The translations under genes were made by a program, and so were the position numbers. The notes under the pieces were generated by a model. That model saw only the letters and a program-made list of their open reading frames with translations. It was not told where the DNA came from and did no database searches. From positions 136,663-200,662 of the forward strand of contig CAVRGS010000007.1 in the NCBI GenBank assembly GCA_963720765.1: 64,000 nt of DNA, given 5' to 3'. Positions 1-9,565 of this stretch are shown one piece after another. Numbering within the stretch: the stretch's first letter is position 1; each line of letters begins with the position of its first letter. Source of the DNA: an uncultured Actinomycetes bacterium. Its GTDB lineage: Bacteria > Actinomycetota > Acidimicrobiia > IMCC26256 > DASPTH01.

Positions 1-910
1 GCTCCTGCGCGAACTGGAACACCTGGGTCACGAAGATCTGCACGAGGATGCCGCGCTCGAACCACCGGTACGCCGACAGCCGGTGGTGACGGAGCCGCAC
101 GACGCCGATGACGATGAGCACGCCCGACACGCCACTCGAGACGACGGTCGCCCACTCCTCGAAGCCCCGGATCGCACCGTGGTCGGCAGCGAGGAACAAC
201 ACCACGAGCAACTGGCCCGAACCGATGACGACGAACCACCAGGTCACCGCGCGCTGGAACCAACGTTTCGTGGCGCGCTCCAGGTACCACGCCCGGATGC
301 TGCGCCCGGCGCGCTCGAAGGCGTTCGGGCGAGGGTCCGGGAGCCCGGACTCGTCGGCGAGCAGCGCGTGCACCTGGATGGCGATCGCATCGTCGGCACC
401 GGTCTCGTCGAGGAGTGAGATCGCCGACCGGCGCCGCGGTTCGCTCAGCTCACCGATCGCCGCGGCCTTGACTGCTTCGAGCCCGTTGAGCACCGCTTCG
501 TCGGCCGTGTACTCGCGCCGCTGGATGCCACGGAACAGGAGATACATCGCGATGAAGACGAAGTAGATGAGCGCGATGGCCGGCTTGAAGAAGTAGTTGA
601 CGTCGCGAGTGATGAACTTGCCGAGCTCGTCGATGAACCAGCCGAAGCCACATCCCCCGATGAACGCGATGAACGTGCGGTTGTTGGGCGCCAGGAACGA
701 GATCGAGAAGATGACTGCGGCCGCCATCATCAGCGCACCCCAGATCGCGTGCGAGATGTGGAGGGTGCCGTTGCCCAGCTGCGGGTATCCGGTGACGATC
801 AGGAAGACCCGGTTGCCGATGACCGAGCCGACCGCGCAGACCAGGAACAGGTCGAGCCGACGTCCTGAGTCGTAGCTCCGCAGCGCGAAGCGCGGGATCG
901 TCCTGCTCAT
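1..910 (-). CDS. Integral membrane protein of unknown function (3' end runs off the window)
   Basis: Not in the ORF track. Manual translation from ATG at 910 gives [62 protein letters not shown]...[19 protein letters not shown]. Several hydrophobic helices; frame open to position 1. Confidence 0.75.
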   Translation of the reverse strand, partial: MSRTIPRFALRSYDSGRRLDLFLVCAVGSVIGNRVFLIVTGYPQLGNGTLHISHAIWGALMMAAAVIFSISFLAPNNRTFIAFIGGCGFGWFIDELGKFITRDVNYFFKPAIALIYFVFIAMYLLFRGIQRREYTADEAVLNGLEAVKAAAIGELSEPRRRSAISLLDETGADDAIAIQVHALLADESGLPDPRPNAFERAGRSIRAWYLERATKRWFQRAVTWWFVVIGSGQLLVVLFLAADHGAIRGFEEWATVVSSGVSGVLIVIGVVRLRHHRLSAYRWFERGILVQIFVTQVFQFAQE

Positions 911-956
911 CGGTTGTCGCAGACCGCGGCGTCGATTGGCGTTCGCCTGCGGCTCA

Positions 957-2213
957 CTATGCGGATCGGCGCTCGCCCTCGTCGGTCGTGATCAGCGTCG
1001 GGTGCACGCGGTCCATGACCACCGCCCGGTCGACCACGCACCGACTGATGTCGTCGCGGCTCGGCAGGTCGTACATCACCTCGAGCAGCACACCTTCGAG
1101 GATGGCGCGCAGACCACGAGCTCCGGTGCCGCGCTTGAGCGCTTCGTCGCCGACGGCGTCGAGCGCGTCGTCGGTGAACACCAACTCGACGTCGTCGAAG
1201 TGGAAGAACTTCTGGTACTGCTTCAGCAGCGCGTTCTTCGGCTCGACGAGGATGCGGATGAGCGCTTCCTTGTCGAGGTTGTTCACCGCGCTGATGACCG
1301 GGAGACGACCGACGAACTCCGGGATGAGCCCGAACTTCAGGAGGTCTTCGGGGAGCACGGACCGCAGGATGGTGCCGACGTCCTTCTCCTCGGAGCGGCG
1401 CACGTCGGCACCGAAGCCGATGCCCTGGTTGCCGGTGCGGGTCTCGATGATCTTCTCGACGCCGGCGAACGCGCCACCACAGATGAAGAGGATGTTGGTG
1501 GTGTCGATCTGGATGAACTCCTGGTGCGGGTGCTTGCGGCCGCCCTGGGGCGGCACCGACGCGGTGGTGCCCTCCAGGATCTTCAGCAGCGCCTGCTGCA
1601 CACCTTCACCGGAGACGTCGCGCGTGATCGACGGGTTCTCGGCCTTGCGGGCGATCTTGTCGATCTCGTCGATGTAGATGATGCCGGTCTCGGCCTTCTT
1701 GACGTCGTAGTCGGCGGCCTGGATCAGCTTGAGGAGGATGTTCTCGACGTCTTCGCCGACGTAGCCCGCCTCGGTGAGCGCGGTGGCGTCGGCGATCGCG
1801 AACGGCACCTTCAGCAGTCGGGCGAGCGTCTGTGCGAGCAGCGTCTTGCCGCAACCGGTGGGACCGATCAGCAGGATGTTCGACTTCTGCAGCTCGACGT
1901 CGGGGTCGCCGTACGCGCCGGCCTGCACCCGCTTGTAGTGGTTGTAGACCGCGACCGAGAGGATCTTCTTGGCGTTCTCCTGTCCGATCACGTAGTCGTT
2001 CAGGTACTCGTAGATCTCACGCGGCTTCGGGAGCTCGTCGAACTTGACCTCGGAGCTCTGCGAGAGCTCCTCTTCGATGATCTCGTTGCAGAGGTCGATG
2101 CACTCGTCGCAGATGTAGACGCCGGGACCGGCGATGAGCTTCTTGACCTGCTTCTGGCTCTTCCCACAGAACGAGCACTTCAGCAGGTCGCCACCGTCAC
2201 CGAACTTGGCCAC
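957..2213 (-). CDS. clpX: ATP-dependent Clp protease ATP-binding subunit ClpX
   Basis: N-terminal zinc finger [30 protein letters not shown], Walker [32 protein letters not shown] and IGF loop. Confidence 0.99.
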   Translation of the reverse strand: MAKFGDGGDLLKCSFCGKSQKQVKKLIAGPGVYICDECIDLCNEIIEEELSQSSEVKFDELPKPREIYEYLNDYVIGQENAKKILSVAVYNHYKRVQAGAYGDPDVELQKSNILLIGPTGCGKTLLAQTLARLLKVPFAIADATALTEAGYVGEDVENILLKLIQAADYDVKKAETGIIYIDEIDKIARKAENPSITRDVSGEGVQQALLKILEGTTASVPPQGGRKHPHQEFIQIDTTNILFICGGAFAGVEKIIETRTGNQGIGFGADVRRSEEKDVGTILRSVLPEDLLKFGLIPEFVGRLPVISAVNNLDKEALIRILVEPKNALLKQYQKFFHFDDVELVFTDDALDAVGDEALKRGTGARGLRAILEGVLLEVMYDLPSRDDISRCVVDRAVVMDRVHPTLITTDEGERRSA

Positions 2214-2263
2214 GTGTCCCCCTCCTGGTCCTGCTGGATCGAGTCCGACGCTGGAGCGTCAGG

Positions 2264-2897
2264 TCAGCTCACACCTGCCGGCACGCCGACAGCCGCGAGT
2301 TCACGGTTGGAGATCACCTCGTCGACGATCCCGTATTCCTTCGCCTCCGCCGCACCGAGGATGAAGTCGCGGTCGGTGTCCTTGGCGACCTTTTCGACGT
2401 CCTGCCCGGTGTGGTGGGCGAGGATCTCGTCGAGCGACTCGCGCATGCGCACGATCTCCTTGGCCTGGATCTCGATGTCGACCGCCTGGCCCTGACGCAC
2501 CACCGTGCGGCTGGTGGATCAGCACCCGCGAGTGCGGGAGGATGTAGCGCTTGCCGGGCGTCCCGGACGCGAGGATCACGGCCGCCGCCGACGCCGCCTG
2601 CCCGAGGCAGATGGTCGAGACGTCGGGCTTGATGAACTGCATCGTGTCGTAGATGGCGAAGAGACCGGTGATCTCGCCGCCGGGCGAGTTGATGTAGATC
2701 GAGATGTCCTTGTCGGGCTGCTCGCTCTCGAGATGGAGGAGCTGGGCGATCACGATGTTGGCGACGACGTCGTCGATCGGCGTGCCGAGGAAGATGATCC
2801 GGTCCTGCAGCAGCCGGGAGAAGATGTCGTTGCGGTCGGGTCCGCGCGGGGTGTCCTGGGTGACGTTCGGGACGTAGACGTTCTGGAAGTTGCTCAC
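2264..2897 (-). CDS. clpP: Clp protease proteolytic subunit ClpP (one frameshift near 2490, probably a sequencing error)
   Basis: [30 protein letters not shown] (catalytic Ser), HQPHGG, then [12 protein letters not shown]...DTDRDF in another frame. AGGAG precedes GTG at 2897. Confidence 0.95.
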
Positions 2898-4328
2898 GAC
2901 GCTGGCTCCTCTTCGGTCTGCTGATTCGTCGCTGTCCGTGCCGGCGCCGGGGCCGTCGCTTTCCGTTCCCTCCGATGTCTCCGTGTCGGAGACCGGCGGC
3001 TGTGGGAGCGACAGATCGACGGTGTTGCCGTCGGCGTCGACCACCTCCGCGTGGTCCATCAGGAACGCGAGCGCCTTGCCTCGTGCGATGTCCGAGCGTA
3101 CCGCCTCGATCACGCCCCGCCGTTCGAGATCCTTGCGGACCTTGGCCGGCTTCTCGTCCATCTGTTGCGCGATGCGTTCGACCTCGGCGTCGACCTCGTC
3201 GTCGCTCGCCGCGATCTCTTCCTGGGTGATCACCGCACGCAGCGCGAGGTCGGCGCGCACGGCTTCGGTGGCGCCGGCGCGCACGCCGTCGACGAACTCC
3301 TGCTGGTCCTGGCCGGTGGCGGCGAGGTACTGCGGGATCGTCATGCGCAGGCCCTGCTCCTCGAGCCGGTGCGCGAGGTCGTGCAGGCGCCGTTCCATCT
3401 CGCTGTTGACGAGCGTCTCGGGCACCTCTTCGGGCACGAGCGCCGCCGCCGCTTCGAAGACCTTCTCCCGCATCGCCATGGATGCCTGCACGCGGGCGTA
3501 CATGTCGAGCCGCGTGCGCACGTCGTCCTGCAGCGCGTCGACGGTCTCGAACTCGCTGACCTCGCTCACCCAGTCGTCGGTGAGCTCGGGCAGCACCTTC
3601 TTCTTCGCTTCCTTCACCAGCACCTGGAACGCGACCTCGTCGCCGGCGCGTTCGCCGAAGCGCTCGGGCAGCGTGTCGTCGAACTTCAGGATGTCGCCGG
3701 GACGCTTGCCGTGCAGCTCTTCGTCGAGCTTCGGCACCACGATCCCCGACCCGACCTCGTAGAGGTAGTCGGTGGCAGTGAGGCCCTCGACCGACTCCTC
3801 GTCGACGAAGCCCTTGATGTCGATCTCGGCGTAGTCGCCGTCGGTGAGCGGCGCCTCGCTGTCTTCCAGGTCGGCGAAGCGGTCACGCAGCTGGTCGATC
3901 TGCGTCGCCACGTCGTCATCGCTGACGTCGGGCTTCTCGATCTCGATGACCAGCTTGTCGTGACCCTCGACCGTGAAGACGGGGCGCACCTCGACGACGG
4001 CGTCGAACTCGACGTCGCCTTCTTCTTCGCCGGCGGTGATGTCGATCTCGGGCGCGGCGATGACGTCGACGTCTTCCGCGACGACTGCTTCGGCGTAGTA
4101 CTCGGGGAGCGAGTCGCGCAGTGCCTGGTCGCGCGCCATCTCGGTCCCGAGCCGAGCTTCGAGCAAGCGGCGCGGCGCCTTGCCGGGACGGAAGCCCGGC
4201 ATCTTGACTTCCTTCGCCAGCTTGCGGAACGCGGCGTCGATCGCGCGCTCGAAGTCTTCTGCCGGGATCGCGACGTGCAGGCGGACCTTGTTGTCTTCGA
4301 GCGGTTCGACCGACGTGGAGAGTGACAT
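2894..4328 (-). CDS. tig: Trigger factor (probable indel near the 3' end makes it read through into clpP)
   Basis: [19 protein letters not shown]...[10 protein letters not shown] ribosome-binding motif; canonical position upstream of clpP-clpX. An alternative frame ends [11 protein letters not shown] overlapping the clpP GTG. Confidence 0.95.
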
Positions 4329-4387
4329 GGGGCTGCGCAGTCTATTGGCTCGCTTCGCCCGTTCCGACACCCCGGCTGCTCGGGCGC

Positions 4388-4852
4388 TCAGATGCCGAGC
4401 TTGCGGAAGTCCCAGCTCGCGATCTTGGTGGGCGTGACCTTGAGCCAGGCGTGACGGCCGTCGTGGAACATGCCGTCGCCCGCGCCACCCTGGTACTTCG
4501 CGTGGAACAGGCGCTCGGGCTCGGCGAGCGCGTCGACCGGTTCGCCGGTGCGCGGCACCTCGCCGGTGGGCTCGACCCGCCCGTGGATCTCGACGCCCCG
4601 CAACTCGTTGTACTCCTCGCCCGCTTCCACCAGGATCGCCACGCGGGGGTCGCGCTCGAGGTCGGTCCAGCGCTGGCTGCGCGTGATGGAGTAGAGCCAC
4701 ACGCACTCGCCGTCCCAGACGAACCAGAGCGCGGTGACGTGCGGACCGTCGTGGCTCACGGTGGCCGCCGTGCACGTGCGCTCGCTCCCGAGGTACTCGT
4801 CGACCTCCTCGGGCGTCATGGCGATCTTGCGGCCTCGCTTCTGCTCCTGCAT
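4388..4852 (-). CDS. Pyridoxamine 5'-phosphate oxidase-like (PPOX class, possibly F420-dependent) protein
   Basis: [12 protein letters not shown]...GPHVTALWF...[24 protein letters not shown]...SWDFRKL; TACGGT -10 seven nt before the ATG. Confidence 0.85.
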   Translation of the reverse strand: MQEQKRGRKIAMTPEEVDEYLGSERTCTAATVSHDGPHVTALWFVWDGECVWLYSITRSQRWTDLERDPRVAILVEAGEEYNELRGVEIHGRVEPTGEVPRTGEPVDALAEPERLFHAKYQGGAGDGMFHDGRHAWLKVTPTKIASWDFRKLGI

Positions 4853-4911
4853 GGCGCGCACCGTACAACGACCACGGCGGCTCTCGGGCCGTGTCGTAAC
4901 CTGATGCGCTC

Positions 4912-4985
4912 CGGGGAGTGGCGCAGTTCGGCAGCGCACCTGCTTTGGGAGCAGGAGGTCGGGGGTTCAAATCCCCCCTCCCCGA
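4912..4985 (+). tRNA. tRNA-Pro (TGG)
   Basis: Cloverleaf CGGGGAG...CTCCCCG, anticodon arm CCTGC-TTTGGGA-GCAGG, T-loop GGTTCAAATCC. Confidence 0.97.
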
Positions 4986-5016
4986 CGCCACCAACGGTGG
5001 ATGTGATGCACGACAC

Positions 5017-5087
5017 GCGGGCGTAGCTCAATGGCAGAGCCTCAGACTTCCAATCTGATGACGCGGGTTCGATTCCCGTCGCCCGCT
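5017..5087 (+). tRNA. tRNA-Gly (TCC)
   Basis: GCGGGCG...CGCCCGC acceptor stem, anticodon arm TCAGA-CTTCCAA-TCTGA, T-loop GGTTCGATTCC. Confidence 0.97.
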
Positions 5088-5128
5088 CTCATGGAATACG
5101 CCGAGATGCTCGTTGGTTCGGCGCACCG

Positions 5129-6316
5129 ATGACGAGTCCGATCACGCCCGTCCCGTTCCCCTCGCCCGAAGAGGAATGGACGCACCGACCAGACGCCGAC
5201 GAGGTGCGCCTCACCGCCGCGGGCATCGTCGGCGCCGCCACGCCGCCCGACGGGCTCACCGAGGTGCAGCGCGCGGTGCTCAACGCGCACGTCGCGTCGA
5301 TGACCGAGCACCCCGTCGACGTCACCGCCGTCACCCCACTCGGGCCCGAGGAGTTCGCCGAGGCGCTCCGCTACCGCAACCGGGCGTTCCGCGAGCGCAT
5401 GGTGCAGATCATGCTGTTGTCGGAGATGCTGCTCGTCCCGATCCCCCGCGAGGTCTCCGAGCGCGTCGAGACCTACGCCGCGTGGCTGGGCGTGGGCGAC
5501 GACATGATCCGCGTGGTGCGGCGGATCGCCAACGGGTCGTTGGGACTCGCGCTGATCGACTTCGAACGCAGCGGCTACTTCGAGCAGATGCTCGCCGAAC
5601 CACCCGAGCACCTCCACACCTCGCGCGCGCTCGACGAGGCGTGGGAGGCGGCGTGCTCCGACGACGACCTCTACGGACGCTGGGCCGCGCTCGAGCACTG
5701 CCCCGAGGGCTCGCTCGGCCTGGGTGTCTGGCGCTTCTACCGCGCCCGCGGCTTCACCTTCCCGGGCCGCCCCGAGAGCGCGCCTCCAGCGCTCGCGCAG
5801 CACGACTGGATCCACGTGCTCGCCGACTACGGGTCGACGGTCGAATCGGAGATCGAGGTGTTCGGTCTGATCTCCCGGGCCAACGACGACCCGGGCGCCT
5901 TCTCCCTCCTCGCCATGGTGCTCGGGCTGTTCGAGACCGGGTACCTGTACGGCGCGGCCAAGGGGTTCTTCGAGTACGACCGCGGGCACTTGTCGCGCGA
6001 CGTCGACCGGATGGCGGTGCGCCTCGCCGACGCCACCTATCGCGGCGCCATGCTCGCGACGCATCTCAACGAGACCGGCCGCGGTTCGAAGGCCACCGAC
6101 CTCCTGGCGACCGACTGGTTCGCGCACGCCGACCGTCCGGTCGACGAGGTGCGCGCCGACTACGGCCTCCCGCCGCGCTCGGCGGCGGCGATCGCCGCGG
6201 GGTCGAGGACCGCGTGGGAGCCCGGTGGCATCTCGCCGTTCCAGTACGCGCACGGCCGAGACGTCGCGCACGCCGAGGAGCACGAGTACGACTCCTACGG
6301 CGCGGAACCGGCGTAG
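5129..6316 (+). CDS. Hypothetical protein with a Coq4-like HDxxH...E metal-binding motif
   Basis: 395 aa with host-like codon usage; LEHCPEGSLG...HDWIHVLADYGSTVESE resembles the Coq4 family signature. Confidence 0.7.
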   Translation: MTSPITPVPFPSPEEEWTHRPDADEVRLTAAGIVGAATPPDGLTEVQRAVLNAHVASMTEHPVDVTAVTPLGPEEFAEALRYRNRAFRERMVQIMLLSEMLLVPIPREVSERVETYAAWLGVGDDMIRVVRRIANGSLGLALIDFERSGYFEQMLAEPPEHLHTSRALDEAWEAACSDDDLYGRWAALEHCPEGSLGLGVWRFYRARGFTFPGRPESAPPALAQHDWIHVLADYGSTVESEIEVFGLISRANDDPGAFSLLAMVLGLFETGYLYGAAKGFFEYDRGHLSRDVDRMAVRLADATYRGAMLATHLNETGRGSKATDLLATDWFAHADRPVDEVRADYGLPPRSAAAIAAGSRTAWEPGGISPFQYAHGRDVAHAEEHEYDSYGAEPA

Positions 6317-6335
6317 CGGCTCAGCGACTCGCCTG

Positions 6336-6409
6336 CGCCCCCGGCAGGACTCGAACCTGCGGCCTGAAAGTTAGAAGCTTTCTGCTCTGTCCAGCTGAGC
6401 TACGGAGGC
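6336..6409 (-). tRNA. tRNA-Arg (TCT)
   Basis: Reverse complement GCCTCCGTAGCTCAGCTGGACAGAGCA-GAAAG-CTTCTAA-CTTTC-AGGCCGCAGGTTCGAGTCCTGCCGGGGGCG; uninterrupted, 74 nt. Confidence 0.96.
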
Positions 6410-6463
6410 AACGCGAAAAACTGTATCTGCCAATCCGCGCGGTCCATTCGTACTGTCGTTCGT

Positions 6464-6934
6464 ATGCGACCTCACCACACCAAGGACAAGGGCGACATCG
6501 GCGTCGCGCACGCGATCGCAGATCTGGCCGACCACGGCTTCGTCGTTCTGAGCGCCCTGTGCGAACACGCACCGTTCGATCTCGTCGGCTATCGCGATGG
6601 CATGTTCCTCCGCGTCTCGGTCAAGTACCGAGCACTCTCGTCACGAGGAACGATCGACGTCAGGTTCTACAGCACGTACTCAGATTCGAACGGCACGCAC
6701 TCGCGTCCCACCGACAAGGACGAGGTCGACGTCGTGTGCATCTATTGCCCGGACACTGGTGCCTGCTACTACATCGACCCCAAGGCCTTCAACACCGCCG
6801 TGTCGCTGAGAGTCCGACCGAGTCGCAACAACCAGTCGCGGAACGTGCTCGTCGCGGAGGACTACCGGGGTCTTCCTGCCGCCGTGGGAGTCCGCCAGAT
6901 TGGGACCGTGCCGGGCATCCCGACGGTCTCGTAA
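6464..6934 (+). CDS. Group I intron-associated-type PD-(D/E)XK endonuclease (PDDEXK_5 / I-Ssp6803I-like), free-standing
   Basis: HHTKDKGDIGVAHAIADL...EHAPFDLVGYRDGMFLRVSVKYR...EVDVVCIYCPDTGACYYI matches the family pattern; codon usage is less GC-skewed than the neighbours. Confidence 0.8.
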   Translation: MRPHHTKDKGDIGVAHAIADLADHGFVVLSALCEHAPFDLVGYRDGMFLRVSVKYRALSSRGTIDVRFYSTYSDSNGTHSRPTDKDEVDVVCIYCPDTGACYYIDPKAFNTAVSLRVRPSRNNQSRNVLVAEDYRGLPAAVGVRQIGTVPGIPTVS

Positions 6935-6944
6935 CCTCGCCTTC

Positions 6945-8096
6945 ATGCGTCGCACGCAGTTCACCGAGGAACACGACCTCTTCCGCGAGAGCTTCCACAC
7001 GTTCGTCGAGCGCGAGATCGCGCCCCACGACCAGGAGTGGAACGACGCCGGTGTCGTGTCGCGTGACCTCTTCACCAAGGCCGGTGCCGCCGGGTTCATC
7101 GGCATGGCCGTCCCCGAGGAGTTCGGCGGCAGCGGGGTCGACGACTTCCGCTTCAGCCAGGTGATCGCCGAGGAGCTCCAGTACGCGGGCGTCGCTGCGG
7201 CCGGGCTCGGCCTCACGCTGCACACCGACATCTGCCTCCCCTACTTCCTGTCGCTCGCCGACGACGAGCAGCGCGCGCGCTGGCTGCCCGGCATCGCGTC
7301 GGGCGAGCTGATCACCGCCATCGCCATGACCGAGCCCGGCATCGGGTCCGACCTCGCGTCGATGAGCACGTCGGCGATCCGTGACGGCGACCACTACGTC
7401 GTCAACGGCGCCAAGACGTTCATCACCAACGGCATCAACGCCGACCTCGTGATCACCGCGGTGAAGACCGACCCCACGCAGAAGCACGCGGGCATGAGCC
7501 TGCTGGTGATCGAGCGCGGCATGGACGGCTTCGAGCGCGGCCGCAACCTCGACAAGGTGGGGCTGCACGCGCAGGACACCGCCGAGCTGTTCTTCACCGA
7601 CGTGCACGTGCCCGTCGGCAACCTGCTCGGCGTCGAGGGCAAGGGCTTCGCCCACCTCGTCGACAACCTGCCGCAGGAGCGACTGTCGATCGCGGTGAGC
7701 GGCGTCGCCGCCGCCGAGGCCGCGTTCCGCTGGACGCTCGACTACGTGAAGCAGCGCACCGCGTTCGGCTCGCCGGTCGCGTCGTTCCAGAACACGCAGT
7801 TCGAGCTGGCCGAGATGCGCACCGAGATCGACGTCACCCAGGTGTTCGTCGACCGCTGCGTCGAGGCGCTCAACGCGGGTGAGCTCTCGGTCGAGGAAGC
7901 CGCCGAGGCGAAGTGGTGGTGCACCGAGCTGCAGAAGCGCACCGTCGACCGGTGCGTGCAGCTGCACGGGGGCTACGGCTACATGCTCGAGTACCCGATC
8001 GCGCGCGCCTACCTCGACGCCCGCGTCACCACCATCTACGGCGGCACCACCGAGATCATGAAGGGGATCATCGGGCGCAAGCTCGCACGGGGGTGA
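6945..8096 (+). CDS. Acyl-CoA dehydrogenase (long-chain type)
   Basis: AIAMTEPGIGSDL, NGAKTFITNG, QLHGGYGYMLEYPIARAYLDARVTTIYGGTTEIMK. Confidence 0.95.
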   Translation: MRRTQFTEEHDLFRESFHTFVEREIAPHDQEWNDAGVVSRDLFTKAGAAGFIGMAVPEEFGGSGVDDFRFSQVIAEELQYAGVAAAGLGLTLHTDICLPYFLSLADDEQRARWLPGIASGELITAIAMTEPGIGSDLASMSTSAIRDGDHYVVNGAKTFITNGINADLVITAVKTDPTQKHAGMSLLVIERGMDGFERGRNLDKVGLHAQDTAELFFTDVHVPVGNLLGVEGKGFAHLVDNLPQERLSIAVSGVAAAEAAFRWTLDYVKQRTAFGSPVASFQNTQFELAEMRTEIDVTQVFVDRCVEALNAGELSVEEAAEAKWWCTELQKRTVDRCVQLHGGYGYMLEYPIARAYLDARVTTIYGGTTEIMKGIIGRKLARG

Positions 8097-9453
8097 ACGT
8101 GGACGACACCAACGACGAGGTCGAGCAGCTGCTCACCGACTGGTGCCGCGACGCACCTCGGGGCCGAGGTCACCGCCATCCGCCAGCAGGCGCGCTGGCG
8201 CCCGGTGTGGTTCGTCGACATCGAGCGCGACGGCGAGGCGACCACCGTGATGGTGCGCGGCGACCGCACCGACGCCGCACCGCTGTTCCCGCTCGAGCAC
8301 GAGATGCGCTTCCAGCAGTTGCTGGAGGCCGACGGCATTCCGGTCGCGCACGTGTACGGCTGGGTCGACGACCCGCGCGCGTTCGTGATCGACGTCGTGC
8401 CCGGCGAGAACAACTTCGACGCGTCGACCGACGACGCAGCGCGTCGCGGTGATGGACGAGTACATGGGCATCCTCGCCCGCATCCACGCGCTCGACCCCG
8501 AGCCCGTACGCGCGACGCGGGCATCACCCGTGCGTCCACGCCGAGCGGATCGGGACGAGTGGGTCTCGACGTGTACCTCGCGGGATACCGCGCCACGAAG
8601 GTGCGGCCCGATCCGTTCCTCGAGTTCTGCCTCGGGATGGATCGACCGCAATCCGGTCGACACACGCGGCCGCGAGGCTCCGGTGGTGTGGGACTCGGGG
8701 CAGTTCCACCAGCAGGACGGTCACGTCACCGCCATCCTCGACCTCGAGCTCGGACACCTCGGCGACCCGATGATGGACCTCGCCGCGTTCCGCATGCGCG
8801 ACACCGTGCTCGGCTTCGGCGACATGAACGTGCTCTACGACCAGTACGCCGAGCACTCGGGCGCACCGGTCGACCTCGACGCGATCATGCACCACCACTT
8901 CGTGTTCGCGCTGACCAACCAGATGGTGTTCCACGCCGCGCTGGCCGAGCCGCCGGCGGCGTCCGACTACATGACCAACATGCAGTGGGCGAGCGAGACC
9001 AACCTGTTCGCGCTCGGAGGGCCTCGCCGAGATCATGGGCGTCGACGAGCTCGACACCGTCGAGATGCCGGAACCGCGCGACTCCCCCGTCGCGAACGCG
9101 CACGAGCACCTCGTGCGCTCGCTGCGCACGCTCGACCTCGCCGACGAGTACGAGCGCCACCAGCTCCGCATCGCGTTCCGGCTCGCGCGTCACCTGCAGC
9201 GCTTCGACGAGATCGGCGACGCGTGCACCGCAGCCGACCTCGACGACCTGCGCGCGTTCCTCGGCCGGCGGCCCGCGACCTGGCAGGAGGGCGACGCCGC
9301 GCTGGAGGAGTTCGTGCTCGCCGACGCGCGGCGCCCACGACGAGGAGCTCCTGCAGCTCTTCCACCGCCGGTACCTGCGCTACAAGATGCTCTGCGGTCC
9401 GGAGGGTTCGGCCATGGCCCGGCACGAGCCCATCCAGAAGTTCCGCTCCCTGA
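8093..9453 (+). CDS. APH/choline-kinase-like phosphotransferase family protein (several frameshifts)
   Basis: Fragments in successive frames: RQQARWRPVWFVDIERDG, GIPVAHVYGW, VVWDSGQF...AILDLELGHLGDPMMDLA. GTG overlaps the upstream TGA. Confidence 0.75.
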
Positions 9454-9565
9454 CGGCGCGTTCTTGAGCAGTTCTCACGTCGGTCCACACCGGGGCTTCA
9501 CACTCGGGGCGCAGGGTGAGGGTGCACAACGGAACCCCCACCGATCCCCACCGAATCGAGGCGCC

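Noticed and set aside
2301-4994. 897-aa ORF as a single giant protein
   Set aside because: It begins inside tRNA-Pro (antisense), crosses the PPOX gene out of frame, and merges tig with part of clpP; best explained by indels and chance open frames.
6336-6409. Group I intron in tRNA-Arg hosting the endonuclease
   Set aside because: The tRNA is contiguous (74 nt, intact anticodon loop), and the nuclease lies outside it on the opposite strand.
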